Source: an uncultured Candidatus Saccharibacteria bacterium (GTDB taxonomy: Bacteria; Patescibacteriota; Minisyncoccia; Phycocordibacterales; Zambryskibacteraceae). Taken from it: DNA of 44,902 bases. The notes beneath the pieces are model-generated. The model made no database searches, was not told the DNA's origin, and saw nothing but the letters and a program-made list of their open reading frames with translations. A program made the translations under genes and the position numbers. This document shows, in pieces, positions 8,886 to 17,563 of this stretch (position 1 is the stretch's first letter; each line of letters opens with the position of its first letter). Where the stretch lies: positions 1 through 44,902 of the forward strand of contig CAZYVS010000005.1 of the NCBI GenBank assembly GCA_964651655.1, written 5' to 3'.

Positions 8886-9419
8886 ATACGCCACCAACGT
8901 AACCACAGTAATACTGCCAGCCATGAGTACAGGAGCCAACTGCTTAAACGACATGCCCACGAGAGCCAGGGCAATCATTAAGATATCATTCGGAAGAGGG
9001 GTAAACCCAATATAAATATAAACACCGATTAAGACGATGCTTAATGGCACATTTTTTATTGCGGAGACTAACCGTAAAGAAACGGGCTTGGTATTTGTAT
9101 AAAAAATTTTAATACCATATCGCACGGCAAAGAAGAAAATTGTATCACTGATAAAAATTCCCAAACCTCCTAAGAGACCGAGAAGAAACGGATTGGCGCC
9201 CCCGCTTGAAAAAGTAATCACAGAAGTAAAAAAAGACACACCGGTGACAGTTGAGAGCCCGCCAAACACCGCTAACAAAAAAGAAACAAGATACGTGTTC
9301 TCAACGCCGATATAATCCACTATCTCCTTTGGAGTAACATAGATAGAAATTAAAATAAACACCAAAAGAAAGGCGAGAAGCAATAAGATCATCCAGTGTC
9401 TTTTAAAAAAGTTTAACAT
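8859..9419 (-). CDS. VTT/DedA-like membrane protein
   Basis: Several TM segments, GLLGGLGIFISD and FTPLPNDILM motifs. Confidence 0.65.
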   Translation of the reverse strand: MLNFFKRHWMILLLLAFLLVFILISIYVTPKEIVDYIGVENTYLVSFLLAVFGGLSTVTGVSFFTSVITFSSGGANPFLLGLLGGLGIFISDTIFFFAVRYGIKIFYTNTKPVSLRLVSAIKNVPLSIVLIGVYIYIGFTPLPNDILMIALALVGMSFKQLAPVLMAGSITVVTLVAYSGQIIFNW

Positions 9420-9534
9420 ATACAGACATTTTGACAGAAAAAGACACTGATTAGTAGTTCTGCCAGATTGATTATATAATGGTAAGCAGAAGTGATCTTA
9501 GTTTCAGAGATAAAAAGGAAAGGAGGGTTTGACC

Positions 9535-10305
9535 ATGTATCTATTGTTTACATTAGGTGTCGCAATGGTCGTGGCGCAAGTGGCCATGTTTGGCACCAGC
9601 ATTTACTTACATAGAACAATGGCGCATTATGCACTGACATTACATCCAACAGCGGCTTGGATGTTCCGTTGTCTCTTGTGGATTACCACGGGACAAAAAA
9701 CACGGGAATGGGTAGCGGTGCACCGCAAACACCACACCTTTGCGGATAGAGAAGGAGACCCTCACAGTCCGCTACTTGAGGGTTTCTGGTCCATACAACT
9801 TGGCAACGTTATTCACTACGCACGAGCACTAAAGGATAAGAATATCCTGATAAAGTACGCTCCGGATATCCGGAGCGATATTTGGGACAGGTTATTCTTT
9901 GATTATAGTCTGCTCGGTGTTTCACTGGGTATCATGCTACTTTGTACGTTCTTGGGTCTAGGATGGGGATTACTGGCCGCCGGGGTTCATGCGTTCATGT
10001 ACGTCTTTGTGTTGTCGTCATCCATCAATGGACTATGCCATTACAAAGGATACAAGAACTTTTTCAACACGGCGACCAATCTTAGATTCGTGGCACTGAT
10101 TACTGCGGGTGAAGGGTTGCACAACAATCATCACGGATTCGCGCACAGTCCAAAGTTCAGTGTACGACAGAGTGAGTTTGACCCGGCGTGGCCGATAATT
10201 AAGCTTTTGAAGATGCTGGGTTTAGCCAGAAACATTAAGAAGACCAGCTCTGAACAGGGGCTGAAGTTTAGGAGGATCAGACGCTCCATGCTTCCGCGGT
10301 CATAA
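9535..10305 (+). CDS. Membrane fatty-acid (acyl-CoA delta-9 type) desaturase
   Basis: Three His boxes HRTMAH, HRKHH, HNNHH plus GDPHSP; GGAGG RBS at 9522-9526 favours ATG 9535. Confidence 0.92.
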   Translation: MYLLFTLGVAMVVAQVAMFGTSIYLHRTMAHYALTLHPTAAWMFRCLLWITTGQKTREWVAVHRKHHTFADREGDPHSPLLEGFWSIQLGNVIHYARALKDKNILIKYAPDIRSDIWDRLFFDYSLLGVSLGIMLLCTFLGLGWGLLAAGVHAFMYVFVLSSSINGLCHYKGYKNFFNTATNLRFVALITAGEGLHNNHHGFAHSPKFSVRQSEFDPAWPIIKLLKMLGLARNIKKTSSEQGLKFRRIRRSMLPRS

Positions 10306-10335
10306 GCGCATATCTGCGCTTATGACCGCTTTGCG
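10296..10335 (+). terminator. Intrinsic terminator of the desaturase gene
   Basis: Perfect 15-bp stem gcggtcataagcgca/tgcgcttatgaccgc, 4-nt loop, T-rich tail; overlaps the stop codon. Confidence 0.8.
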
Positions 10336-10435
10336 TTTTATTCACTGAAAATAATACACATTTCATCAACAAGATATCCACCGAATTATTCAAAAAATGG
10401 GTTTGACTTTTACAAATATCAGGAGAATGATTATA

Positions 10436-10563
10436 CCAGGTCAGCTTCATTGAAGAGATTCCTTAAACACACAATTAAAGGGATCTCAAACAAATTGAGT
10501 GTTATGAGCCTCAATCAGAGATAACCCAAAATAATAAAAAGTGGAATCCTCTTCTGACACGGA
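10436..10563 (+). ncRNA. Putative 6S-like rod-shaped RNA
   Basis: Closing stem 10452-10462/10543-10554, A-rich central bubble 10463-10479/10528-10542, terminal stem ggg-atctc-attgag/ctcaat-gagat-ccc; TTGACT at 10403 upstream and a terminator downstream. Confidence 0.5.
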
Positions 10564-10576
10564 GCGGACCGCGAGG

Positions 10577-10607
10577 CGAAAATCTCCTACTCGGGGATTT
10601 TCGTTTT
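10577..10607 (+). terminator. Intrinsic terminator
   Basis: cgaaaatctcc/ggggattttcg stem followed by TTTT. Confidence 0.75.
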
Positions 10608-10625
10608 GATGTTAAAATGGAAGCA

Positions 10626-11174
10626 ATGAAGAAAGTTATCGTTATTATGGTTGTGATAGTCATCGCCGCTTTTCTATATGTCGCGCGCAACAATCCTTCC
10701 GCTCCCGTAATCGAAACTTCGGCGCCGAATGAGACCGGCGCCTTTCGTCCAGATCCATCAAATGCCACATTCACATTAGACAATGAATCTATCACTCTTT
10801 CAAAAGGGAAAAATTCGAGATCGGTTGTTCCGGGAAGCGCGCTTATAGAAGAGACAAACTTGATGGACAAATTCGCCTATGGCGATATCAACGCGGACAA
10901 CAAAGAAGACACGGTCTTATTTCTAGCTCGTTACGGCGGCGGTTCTGGAATATTTGTATATCTAGCCGGCTATGTTTCCGGACCGGTAACTTATAGAGGA
11001 TCGGTGGCTATGTTTATAGGAGACAGAATCATTCCTCAATCAATTGATGTTAGCCGGGGAATCGTAACGATAAAATATTTGGATCGCCAAGCCGGCGAAG
11101 CCTTGGCGGCTGAACCAACCGTCCTAGCGTCCAAACAATTTATCTTCAAGAACGGAGAGTTTGTGGAAAGATAA
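10626..11174 (+). CDS. Membrane-anchored exported protein of unknown function
   Basis: N-terminal TM, GDINADNKEDT Ca-binding-like loop, GGGSG; start at ATG 10626, 7 nt after an extended -10 TGTTAAAAT. Confidence 0.75.
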   Translation: MKKVIVIMVVIVIAAFLYVARNNPSAPVIETSAPNETGAFRPDPSNATFTLDNESITLSKGKNSRSVVPGSALIEETNLMDKFAYGDINADNKEDTVLFLARYGGGSGIFVYLAGYVSGPVTYRGSVAMFIGDRIIPQSIDVSRGIVTIKYLDRQAGEALAAEPTVLASKQFIFKNGEFVER

Positions 11175-11197
11175 AAATTGTGCTCTAATGGCTATTT

Positions 11198-13057
11198 ATG
11201 GAAATTCGTAATATAGCTATTATCGCGCACGTTGACCACGGCAAGACTACTCTGACCGACGCCTTGATGCGCCAGACCGGAACGGCGGCCGTAGGAGTCT
11301 CAATGGATTCAAACGTCCTTGAATTGGAGCGTGGCATCACTATTTATGCCAAAAATACATCCATTTTTTATAAGGGAACCAAAATCAATATTGTAGATAC
11401 ACCCGGACATTCAGATTTCGGTTCTGAAGTGGAAAGGGTTTTGCGTTCTATAGACACGGTGCTTCTCGTCGTCGATGCTCAAGAAGGACCGATGCCGCAA
11501 ACTCGTTTCGTTTTAAAGAAATCCCTGGAGCTCGGTTTGAAACCTATTGTAGTCATAAACAAAATTGACAAACCAGCCGCTCGACCAGAGGAAGTACATG
11601 AATCCGTACTGGAACTTTTTTTAGAACTAGGCGCTAACAACGAACAAATAGATTTCCCTACCGTCTACGCCATTGGACGAGAAGGCATTGCTAAGAAAAA
11701 TCTCACGGATAAATCCAAGGATTTAACTCCTTTGCTTGATGTTATTCTTGAACATGTCTCACCGGCGAATAGTCTCACGGAAAAAGGTCAGACCTTAGGT
11801 ACAAATTCTAAAGGTCTGACCTTGAGGAGCGAGAGCTTGAGGGCCCAGCCTTTTAATCTGGCTTATGACAATTTTCTCGGACGGCTGGCCATCGCGCGAA
11901 TTTATGAGGGCGCGCTGAAAGACGGACAAAAAGTTTTTGTCAAGAAACCAAACGGAGAAACTTACACCGGAAAAATAAACAAACTCTATACTTTTGAAGG
12001 ACTCAAAAGGAAAGAGGTGGACGAGGTCGTCGCTGGGGATATTTGCATGCTTGCGGGACTATCACAAATTTATATCGGTGACACAATAACAGCAAGCGAA
12101 GATGCTTCGGCTCTGCCGGCGATATCAGTTGATGAGCCGACTATTTCTCTTAATCTCGTCGTCAATGACTCCCCTTTTGCCGGGCGCGCCGGTAAATTTG
12201 TCACCAATCGGCAAATTCGCGAGCGATTAGAGCGGGAATTGGAAGTAAATGTCGGACTTAAAATAGATTTCTCATCCGGTGAATTCATAACTGTTTATGG
12301 CCGAGGAGAATTACATCTCGCTATTCTCTTGGAAAATATGCGGCGCGAAGGATTTGAACTTCAAGTGTCTCAACCGCACGTCATTATCCGTAAGGGTAAT
12401 GATGGTGAGCTTGTCGAACCATTCGAGGAAGTAATAGTGGATGTGCCTGAACAAATGTCTGGCACTGTAATCTCAAAATTAACAGAACGCCGAGCCATTC
12501 TTCTTGATATGAGAACCGATCCCTCGACTCCGCTCGGGATAAATAATCAAACTCGCCTTACTTTGGAAGTGCCGACCCGCGGACTCTTGGGCTATCGCAA
12601 TCAATTTGTCATAGACACCAAGGGCTTAGGTATTCTCTCTTCTCGATTCACCGCGTTCAAACCCTACACCGGTGAAATGAAACATGAAAAGAGTGGTTCG
12701 ATGATCTCTATGGAGAATGGCAAGGCTCTGGCCTTCTCGCTCAACAATCTACAAGACAGGGGTGTCTTATACATAGAGCCGGCAGATGAGGTGTATGAGG
12801 GGCAAGTGATTGGTAATACTTCAAGGGGTGAAGATCTCTACGTTAATCCGACCAAAGGCAAACAACTGACCAATATGCGAGCCTCCGGTTCGGACGAAAG
12901 CATTTTCCTGACACCGGCTTATAAACTTGATATTGAGCGAGCCATGGAAATTATGAAAGATGATGAATATATAGAAATTACCCCCACGGCTGTTCGTCTG
13001 CGAAAAATCCATCTAACCCAGACTGAACGTTCAAAAGCCCAGAGAAAGAACAGCTAA
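11198..13057 (+). CDS. typA: Translational GTPase TypA/BipA
   Basis: AHVDHGKTT, ERGITI, DTPGH, NKID, GRGELHL, EPFEE, YEGQVIG, EITP motifs. Confidence 0.97.
   Translation: MEIRNIAIIAHVDHGKTTLTDALMRQTGTAAVGVSMDSNVLELERGITIYAKNTSIFYKGTKINIVDTPGHSDFGSEVERVLRSIDTVLLVVDAQEGPMPQTRFVLKKSLELGLKPIVVINKIDKPAARPEEVHESVLELFLELGANNEQIDFPTVYAIGREGIAKKNLTDKSKDLTPLLDVILEHVSPANSLTEKGQTLGTNSKGLTLRSESLRAQPFNLAYDNFLGRLAIARIYEGALKDGQKVFVKKPNGETYTGKINKLYTFEGLKRKEVDEVVAGDICMLAGLSQIYIGDTITASEDASALPAISVDEPTISLNLVVNDSPFAGRAGKFVTNRQIRERLERELEVNVGLKIDFSSGEFITVYGRGELHLAILLENMRREGFELQVSQPHVIIRKGNDGELVEPFEEVIVDVPEQMSGTVISKLTERRAILLDMRTDPSTPLGINNQTRLTLEVPTRGLLGYRNQFVIDTKGLGILSSRFTAFKPYTGEMKHEKSGSMISMENGKALAFSLNNLQDRGVLYIEPADEVYEGQVIGNTSRGEDLYVNPTKGKQLTNMRASGSDESIFLTPAYKLDIERAMEIMKDDEYIEITPTAVRLRKIHLTQTERSKAQRKNS
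11784..11823. repeat. In-frame double palindrome (family B) in typA
   Basis: aaggtcagacctt ... aaggtctgacctt, perfect 13-bp inverted repeat with self-palindromic arms. Confidence 0.8.
12519..12540. repeat. In-frame palindromic element (family A) in typA
   Basis: atccctcgactccgctcgggat, reverse-strand variant of the tspO copy, encodes PSTPLG. Confidence 0.7.
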
Positions 13058-13203
13058 CCTCTAGATTCTCTCATACGTCAATAACTCACGGTCGTGAACT
13101 TATAACGTATAGAAAAAAATAAGTAGAGTTATTCATCAGGTTGCAATTATTTAAAAATAGTGTACAACATAGCCAGGATCGTGGAATAAAAAAGGAGGAG
13201 CCA

Positions 13204-13464
13204 ATGGAAAAATCAGAGATCCAGACAAGTGTTACAGCCGTAGTTGCCGAGGTTCTTGGTGAGTCTCAAGGGGATATCGGCTTGGATTGTGATCTGGGCG
13301 ATGATCTGGGTGTAGATTCTCTCGACCTTGTCGAGATAATCATGGGACTGGAAGAAAGGTACTCTATTGTTCTCCACAATCTCGACTGGGCTTCCACGGG
13401 TAAAGTTACGGCAAGAAAAATATCGGAGGATATCTGCCGATTCATAAGGGTGCCGGTAGTGTAA
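13204..13464 (+). CDS. acpP: Acyl carrier protein
   Basis: DLGVDSLDLVEIIMGLEE phosphopantetheine site, acidic 86 aa; AGGAGG RBS upstream of ATG 13204. Confidence 0.85.
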   Translation: MEKSEIQTSVTAVVAEVLGESQGDIGLDCDLGDDLGVDSLDLVEIIMGLEERYSIVLHNLDWASTGKVTARKISEDICRFIRVPVV

Positions 13465-13502
13465 GTGGCAATCTGAAGAATGCGTGTTGGTGAGGTTGAT
13501 TG

Positions 13503-13540
13503 AGGTTCGGAGGACGCACGTTCTCCGAACCTTTTTTATT
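13503..13540 (+). terminator. Intrinsic terminator of the ACP gene
   Basis: aggttcggag/ctccgaacct stem followed by a T-tract. Confidence 0.8.
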
Positions 13541-13603
13541 TGTCTTATAAGTATTACAAGCTAAAAGCTAGAAGCAAACATCTAGAAACTGTATAATAGC
13601 GAC

Positions 13604-14371
13604 ATGGCAAAACTTGGAACCGATCCGTACAAAGGAGTTAGAGATTTCTACCCTGAAGATATGGTCATCCAGAATTATATTTTCAACGTCTGGCGTAAAA
13701 CTGCCGAAAAATTTGGATATGTTGAATACGGCGCTTCGTTACTGGAACCAACTGAAATTTATACCGAAAAATCGGGCGCGGAGATAATTAACGAACAAAC
13801 TTTTACCTTCATGGATCGGGGCGATCGATCTGTCACCCTACGTCCGGAGATAACTCCATCGCTCGCTCGCATGGTCGCCGCGCGCCGTAGAAATTTAAAA
13901 TTCCCCTTACGCTGGTACTCAATTCCAAATTTATTCCGCTACGAACGACCGCAACGCGGAAGAAAACGCGAACATTGGCAATTAAACTGCGACCTTTTGG
14001 GTATCGCCGGTATTGAAGCGGAAAAAGAAATTATTTCTCTGATCTACACAATCATGAAGGAATTTGGAGCAAAAGATGAAGATTTTGAAATAAGAATTAA
14101 TAATTCAGACATCAATAACTTTAAAGAAATTGGGTCAAACTTGGTTTTTGACCCAGAATTGGCCAGAGGACAAACCTATTACACCGGAATAGTTTTTGAA
14201 ATCTTTGATACAAATAAAGCAAACGGGCGGGCGCTGGCCGGTGGTGGAAGATATGATAATCTTCTGGAAATGTTTGAGGCCGAACCAATCCCCGCGGTTG
14301 GCTTCGGTATGGGAGATATTACTATTCGTGACTTTCTGGAAACACATGGACTGCCATTATGCGCAAAGTAG
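13604..14371 (+). CDS. hisS: Histidyl-tRNA synthetase, catalytic core only (255 aa)
   Basis: KGVRDF, LRPEITP, FRYERPQRGRKREHWQ (motif 2), LARGQTYYTG, GGGRYD, AVGFGMG (motif 3); no C-terminal anticodon-binding domain. Confidence 0.85.
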   Translation: MAKLGTDPYKGVRDFYPEDMVIQNYIFNVWRKTAEKFGYVEYGASLLEPTEIYTEKSGAEIINEQTFTFMDRGDRSVTLRPEITPSLARMVAARRRNLKFPLRWYSIPNLFRYERPQRGRKREHWQLNCDLLGIAGIEAEKEIISLIYTIMKEFGAKDEDFEIRINNSDINNFKEIGSNLVFDPELARGQTYYTGIVFEIFDTNKANGRALAGGGRYDNLLEMFEAEPIPAVGFGMGDITIRDFLETHGLPLCAK

Positions 14372-14934
14372 TCTTGGATATAGAAACAAAAAATTTTTTT
14401 CAAGATGTCGGCAAGAACGATCCGGCCCTTTTGGACATTGCTTTAGTGGCCATACACGATTCTCTAACTGACTCATATTCCTCGTTCATAGAAGAAGAGT
14501 TGCCAAAACTTTGGCCAATATTGGAGCGAGCTGATATGCTCATCGGTTTTAATTCCGATCATTTTGACATTCCGCTTCTTAATAAATATTACCCGGGCGA
14601 TTTAACAAAGATAAGAAGCCTGGATATTTTAAGGGAGATAAAAAATTCTTACGGGCGCCGAATGCGTCTCGACCAATTGGCGGACGGCACCTTGGGCAAA
14701 AATAAAACCGGCCGCGGCGACGATGCTATTAACTGGTGGAAGGCGGGCGATATAGAACAAGTGCGCGCTTATTGTTTGAATGACGTCAAACTCACCAAAG
14801 AACTCTATGACTACGCTCTCGCCAATAATTTACTAATATTTAAAGAAGGTAATGCGCTCAACAAAATTAAGTTAAATACTTCAGAATGGGAAAAATCAAA
14901 CAACCACAAACTTACCTTCTCTTTACCATTTTAA
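14359..14934 (+). CDS. RNase H-like DEDD 3'-5' exonuclease (YprB-like)
   Basis: VLDIET, GFNSDHFD, YCLNDV motifs. Confidence 0.85.
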   Translation: MRKVVLDIETKNFFQDVGKNDPALLDIALVAIHDSLTDSYSSFIEEELPKLWPILERADMLIGFNSDHFDIPLLNKYYPGDLTKIRSLDILREIKNSYGRRMRLDQLADGTLGKNKTGRGDDAINWWKAGDIEQVRAYCLNDVKLTKELYDYALANNLLIFKEGNALNKIKLNTSEWEKSNNHKLTFSLPF

Positions 14935-14971
14935 ATGTTTGAATGTTATACTGTAATCCTAATATAAAATT

Positions 14972-15664
14972 ATGGAACAAAATCAACAAAATACGTATGT
15001 TATTCCTTTAGCCATCGTGGTAGCCGGTGGTCTTATCGCGGCAGCCGTTTACTTTGGCGCTGGTACTGAAAGACCGAAAGCAATTACCAGTACCAACGAT
15101 CAAACTGCTGAAATTAATCTTGTGCCGGTAACAGAAAAAGATCACATTATAGGCAGTAGAAATGCCAAATTGGTAATAGTTGAATACTCGGATACCGAAT
15201 GTCCTTTTTGCAAAACTTTTCATAAGACAATGAAGGATGTCGTGCAAACATACAACGGGGAAGTGGCCTGGGTTTATAGGCACTTCCCTATCGCTCAATT
15301 GCATTCCAGGGCCATAAAAGAAGCGGAAGCAACGGAATGTGCCACCGAGCTTGGTGGCAATCAAGCATTCTGGAAATATATAGACAAAGTTTTTGAAACC
15401 ACTAATTCCAACAACTCTCTCGATCCTAATGAATTACCACGAATAGCAACGGCTATAGGGCTCGACAGTGCCGCCTTCAACACTTGTCTCTCAAGCGGCA
15501 AATATACCGAGTCTATAACTAAAAGCGTAGAAGAAGCAGTTAAGGCCGGAGCGCTTGGCACGCCTTATTCTGTTATCGTGTCGCAAGATGGACAAAAAGT
15601 ATTGATAAATGGAGCTGAACCGGTTGCGATGGTGAAGGCCAAGATTGATGCGTTACTCAAGTAG
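14972..15664 (+). CDS. DsbA-family thioredoxin-fold protein, membrane anchored
   Basis: EYSDTECPFC active site, YRHFP, cis-Pro GTP, N-terminal TM. Confidence 0.92.
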   Translation: MEQNQQNTYVIPLAIVVAGGLIAAAVYFGAGTERPKAITSTNDQTAEINLVPVTEKDHIIGSRNAKLVIVEYSDTECPFCKTFHKTMKDVVQTYNGEVAWVYRHFPIAQLHSRAIKEAEATECATELGGNQAFWKYIDKVFETTNSNNSLDPNELPRIATAIGLDSAAFNTCLSSGKYTESITKSVEEAVKAGALGTPYSVIVSQDGQKVLINGAEPVAMVKAKIDALLK

Positions 15665-15669
15665 CAACA

Positions 15670-17193
15670 TCAAATCCGTTCTTCAAGATATTTGAGGATG
15701 GCGTACATGGCATAAGTGTCTAGGCCACAGTAGATTTTCAAGTCGTTCATTATTTTTTCTTTTTTTTCCGAATCTTGGCCCTTCAAGACAGTCTGCATCC
15801 AAATACGTTGCGCTTGGCCGCCATCAGAAATATTAAGTTTTTTATAGCTGAATTCGGGTAAGAGGGCCGGCAGGACCAGTTTGATTGAAGCTTTTCCAAA
15901 AAAATCTTTATCCACAAACCAACCTTTGGAAAAAGGAACCATCAGATCAACCATCCTGTCGTTAACGCCGGATAAAAACTTTTCATATTTTGGATGCATT
16001 TTCCCCATTTCAATATTTCTGTTTTTTTCAAAAGTCATAAACCATGAAATAACCGATCCCTTACCGGAAAAATCGCTTTCGAGGTGTTTAAGAAGCGATA
16101 GTGTCGGGTCGCTGTTTTTTGTATGCAAAAATTCTTTGTGCGTCAACTTGCCTCCCGGTTTATCCAGAATATGAAGAGAATATTGAAAAGGCACTTGCTG
16201 ATACGGCCGATAGCCGTCAAAGACCGGTATGACGCCAGCCATCGTTTCATAATCTAAAAAATGCAACGGGTATCTTAAAGCATTAATAAAATTGGCAATT
16301 TCTTCTTTATTAATATGCTGGGTTCCGGATTTCATGGCTTCCACTTGTCGCAATTGTTTTTCTGTCAGCGGACCATCGAGCGGAATTTCGTCTAAAAGTT
16401 CAATGCCGTTATCTTCAAGCCAGGCAAGCGTTTTCGGATCGGAACTGTAAAGTTTATAAATACTGTAACGAGGCAATTTTCCTTTAATCGCCTGAAAAAT
16501 TTCAAGCCACTCTTCCAAAGTCTCGCCACCATGCGTAAGATGGCGCGGAGAGATATCGGGCATCTGTTTTTCCTGAAGAATCTTAAACGCTTTTTTGATA
16601 TTTTCGCGTGTTTCTTTAAGACTCTCGCGCACCTCATCGGTCACATCCGATTTTTCACTAATGCCGGCGGGATCAATTTCTCCGCGCTTGATATATTTGT
16701 TGTTCACATGAAGAACATGCATATGGCGCACGATCAGCCCCGCATCCTCCAGCACAATGGTTTGAAAAGCCAAATCGGGAATATGCTCCGGTTTAACACT
16801 GGTAGAGGACTTGATTTCATATAAATCATAAACTTTATCATCCACTCTTTCCAAAACATCAAAAATGGATGTAATATTATTTGCTTCAACTCTGCCCTGT
16901 AAAATAACTTTCGTTCCTTTCTTGATTTCCTGCATTGTAAGATCAGGTAGAGCGTAATATCGAGTGCCACTGAAAACCTGCTTGCCGGCAGGCAGGTCGC
17001 TATCATTTTTATAGCCAAGCTTAACGGCTTTGGGAAAAAGTTTTTCTGCGTATTGTTCAAAGAGCGTTCCTTCGTCAAAAAGCGCTTGCAGTTCTTCGTC
17101 CGGCAAAGGTAATTTATCTTTATCGTACTTCTTGAGCCACAGCCATGCCGGATGTTTCAGAAACATCATAAACTCTGATTTTGATATAACCAT
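15670..17193 (-). CDS. DUF2779 domain protein (N-terminal PD-(D/E)XK-like, C-terminal RNase H-like)
   Basis: FDVL...YEIKSS, DLAFQ, HFLDYET, QVPFQYSLH, YCGLDT motifs. Confidence 0.85.
   Translation of the reverse strand: MVISKSEFMMFLKHPAWLWLKKYDKDKLPLPDEELQALFDEGTLFEQYAEKLFPKAVKLGYKNDSDLPAGKQVFSGTRYYALPDLTMQEIKKGTKVILQGRVEANNITSIFDVLERVDDKVYDLYEIKSSTSVKPEHIPDLAFQTIVLEDAGLIVRHMHVLHVNNKYIKRGEIDPAGISEKSDVTDEVRESLKETRENIKKAFKILQEKQMPDISPRHLTHGGETLEEWLEIFQAIKGKLPRYSIYKLYSSDPKTLAWLEDNGIELLDEIPLDGPLTEKQLRQVEAMKSGTQHINKEEIANFINALRYPLHFLDYETMAGVIPVFDGYRPYQQVPFQYSLHILDKPGGKLTHKEFLHTKNSDPTLSLLKHLESDFSGKGSVISWFMTFEKNRNIEMGKMHPKYEKFLSGVNDRMVDLMVPFSKGWFVDKDFFGKASIKLVLPALLPEFSYKKLNISDGGQAQRIWMQTVLKGQDSEKKEKIMNDLKIYCGLDTYAMYAILKYLEERI
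16976..16997. repeat. In-frame palindromic element (family C) in the DUF2779 gene
   Basis: acctgcttgccggcaggcaggt, 22-bp palindrome with one mismatch, encodes LPAGKQ. Confidence 0.75.
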
Positions 17194-17252
17194 TATCTCT
17201 ATAATACTATAAAATTAAGATTTTTAGCCATATTTTACAGGCCTCCAAATCC

Positions 17253-17281
17253 TTGACATCACAATAGATAAGTGATAGGAT
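17253..17281 (+). promoter_or_regulatory. Strong sigma70 promoter
   Basis: TTGACA-17 nt-TAGGAT with extended -10 TG; same hexamers as the rpoB promoter. Confidence 0.75.
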
Positions 17282-17284
17282 GGA

Positions 17285-17562
17285 GGTGGATAAATCGACC
17301 GCTGTGACATTCGCCGTCACAAATGTCGCAGGACAGGTCGTACGAGGCCAAATCGGTTTTGTAGATGGAAAACATCTGCAAGCAATCAGCGAGTGCTAGA
17401 TATCGCTGCCTGAATCCGATTTGAAAAAACGTGGTGAGCCTCCCCACATTCCTAGATATTGCACACTGGATAACTAAGCTGCAATCCGGTGCAATCTTCT
17501 GGGGCTTGCAAGGGATGTGGTATTGGTACTAATCTAGCTGCCAGTCCACGTCCCATTTCCAC
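17285..17562 (+). ncRNA. Putative multi-domain structured non-coding RNA of unknown class
   Basis: Nine or more nested helices forming three branched domains between a promoter and a terminator; no long ORF. Confidence 0.65.
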
Positions 17563-17563
17563 A

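Noticed and set aside
10511-10870. 119-aa minus-strand ORF
   Set aside because: Antisense to the 10626 gene and running through a terminator and the RNA candidate; no family motif.
13141-13203. N-terminal extension of the ACP ORF from a TTG start
   Set aside because: Overlaps promoter-like sequence and the AGGAGG RBS; ATG 13204 is better supported.
17259-17447. 62-aa minus-strand ORF, and a 37-codon plus-strand GTG ORF, in the RNA candidate
   Set aside because: No RBS or promoter support for the minus ORF and no motifs in either; dense base-pairing explains the region better, though the plus ORF is not formally excluded.
17285-17562. Identification as tmRNA, RNase P, SRP, an intron or a known riboswitch
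   Set aside because: No tRNA-like ends, GAGGAAAGUC/P4 motif, SRP helix-8 motif, domain V or ligand-binding consensus that I could recognise.
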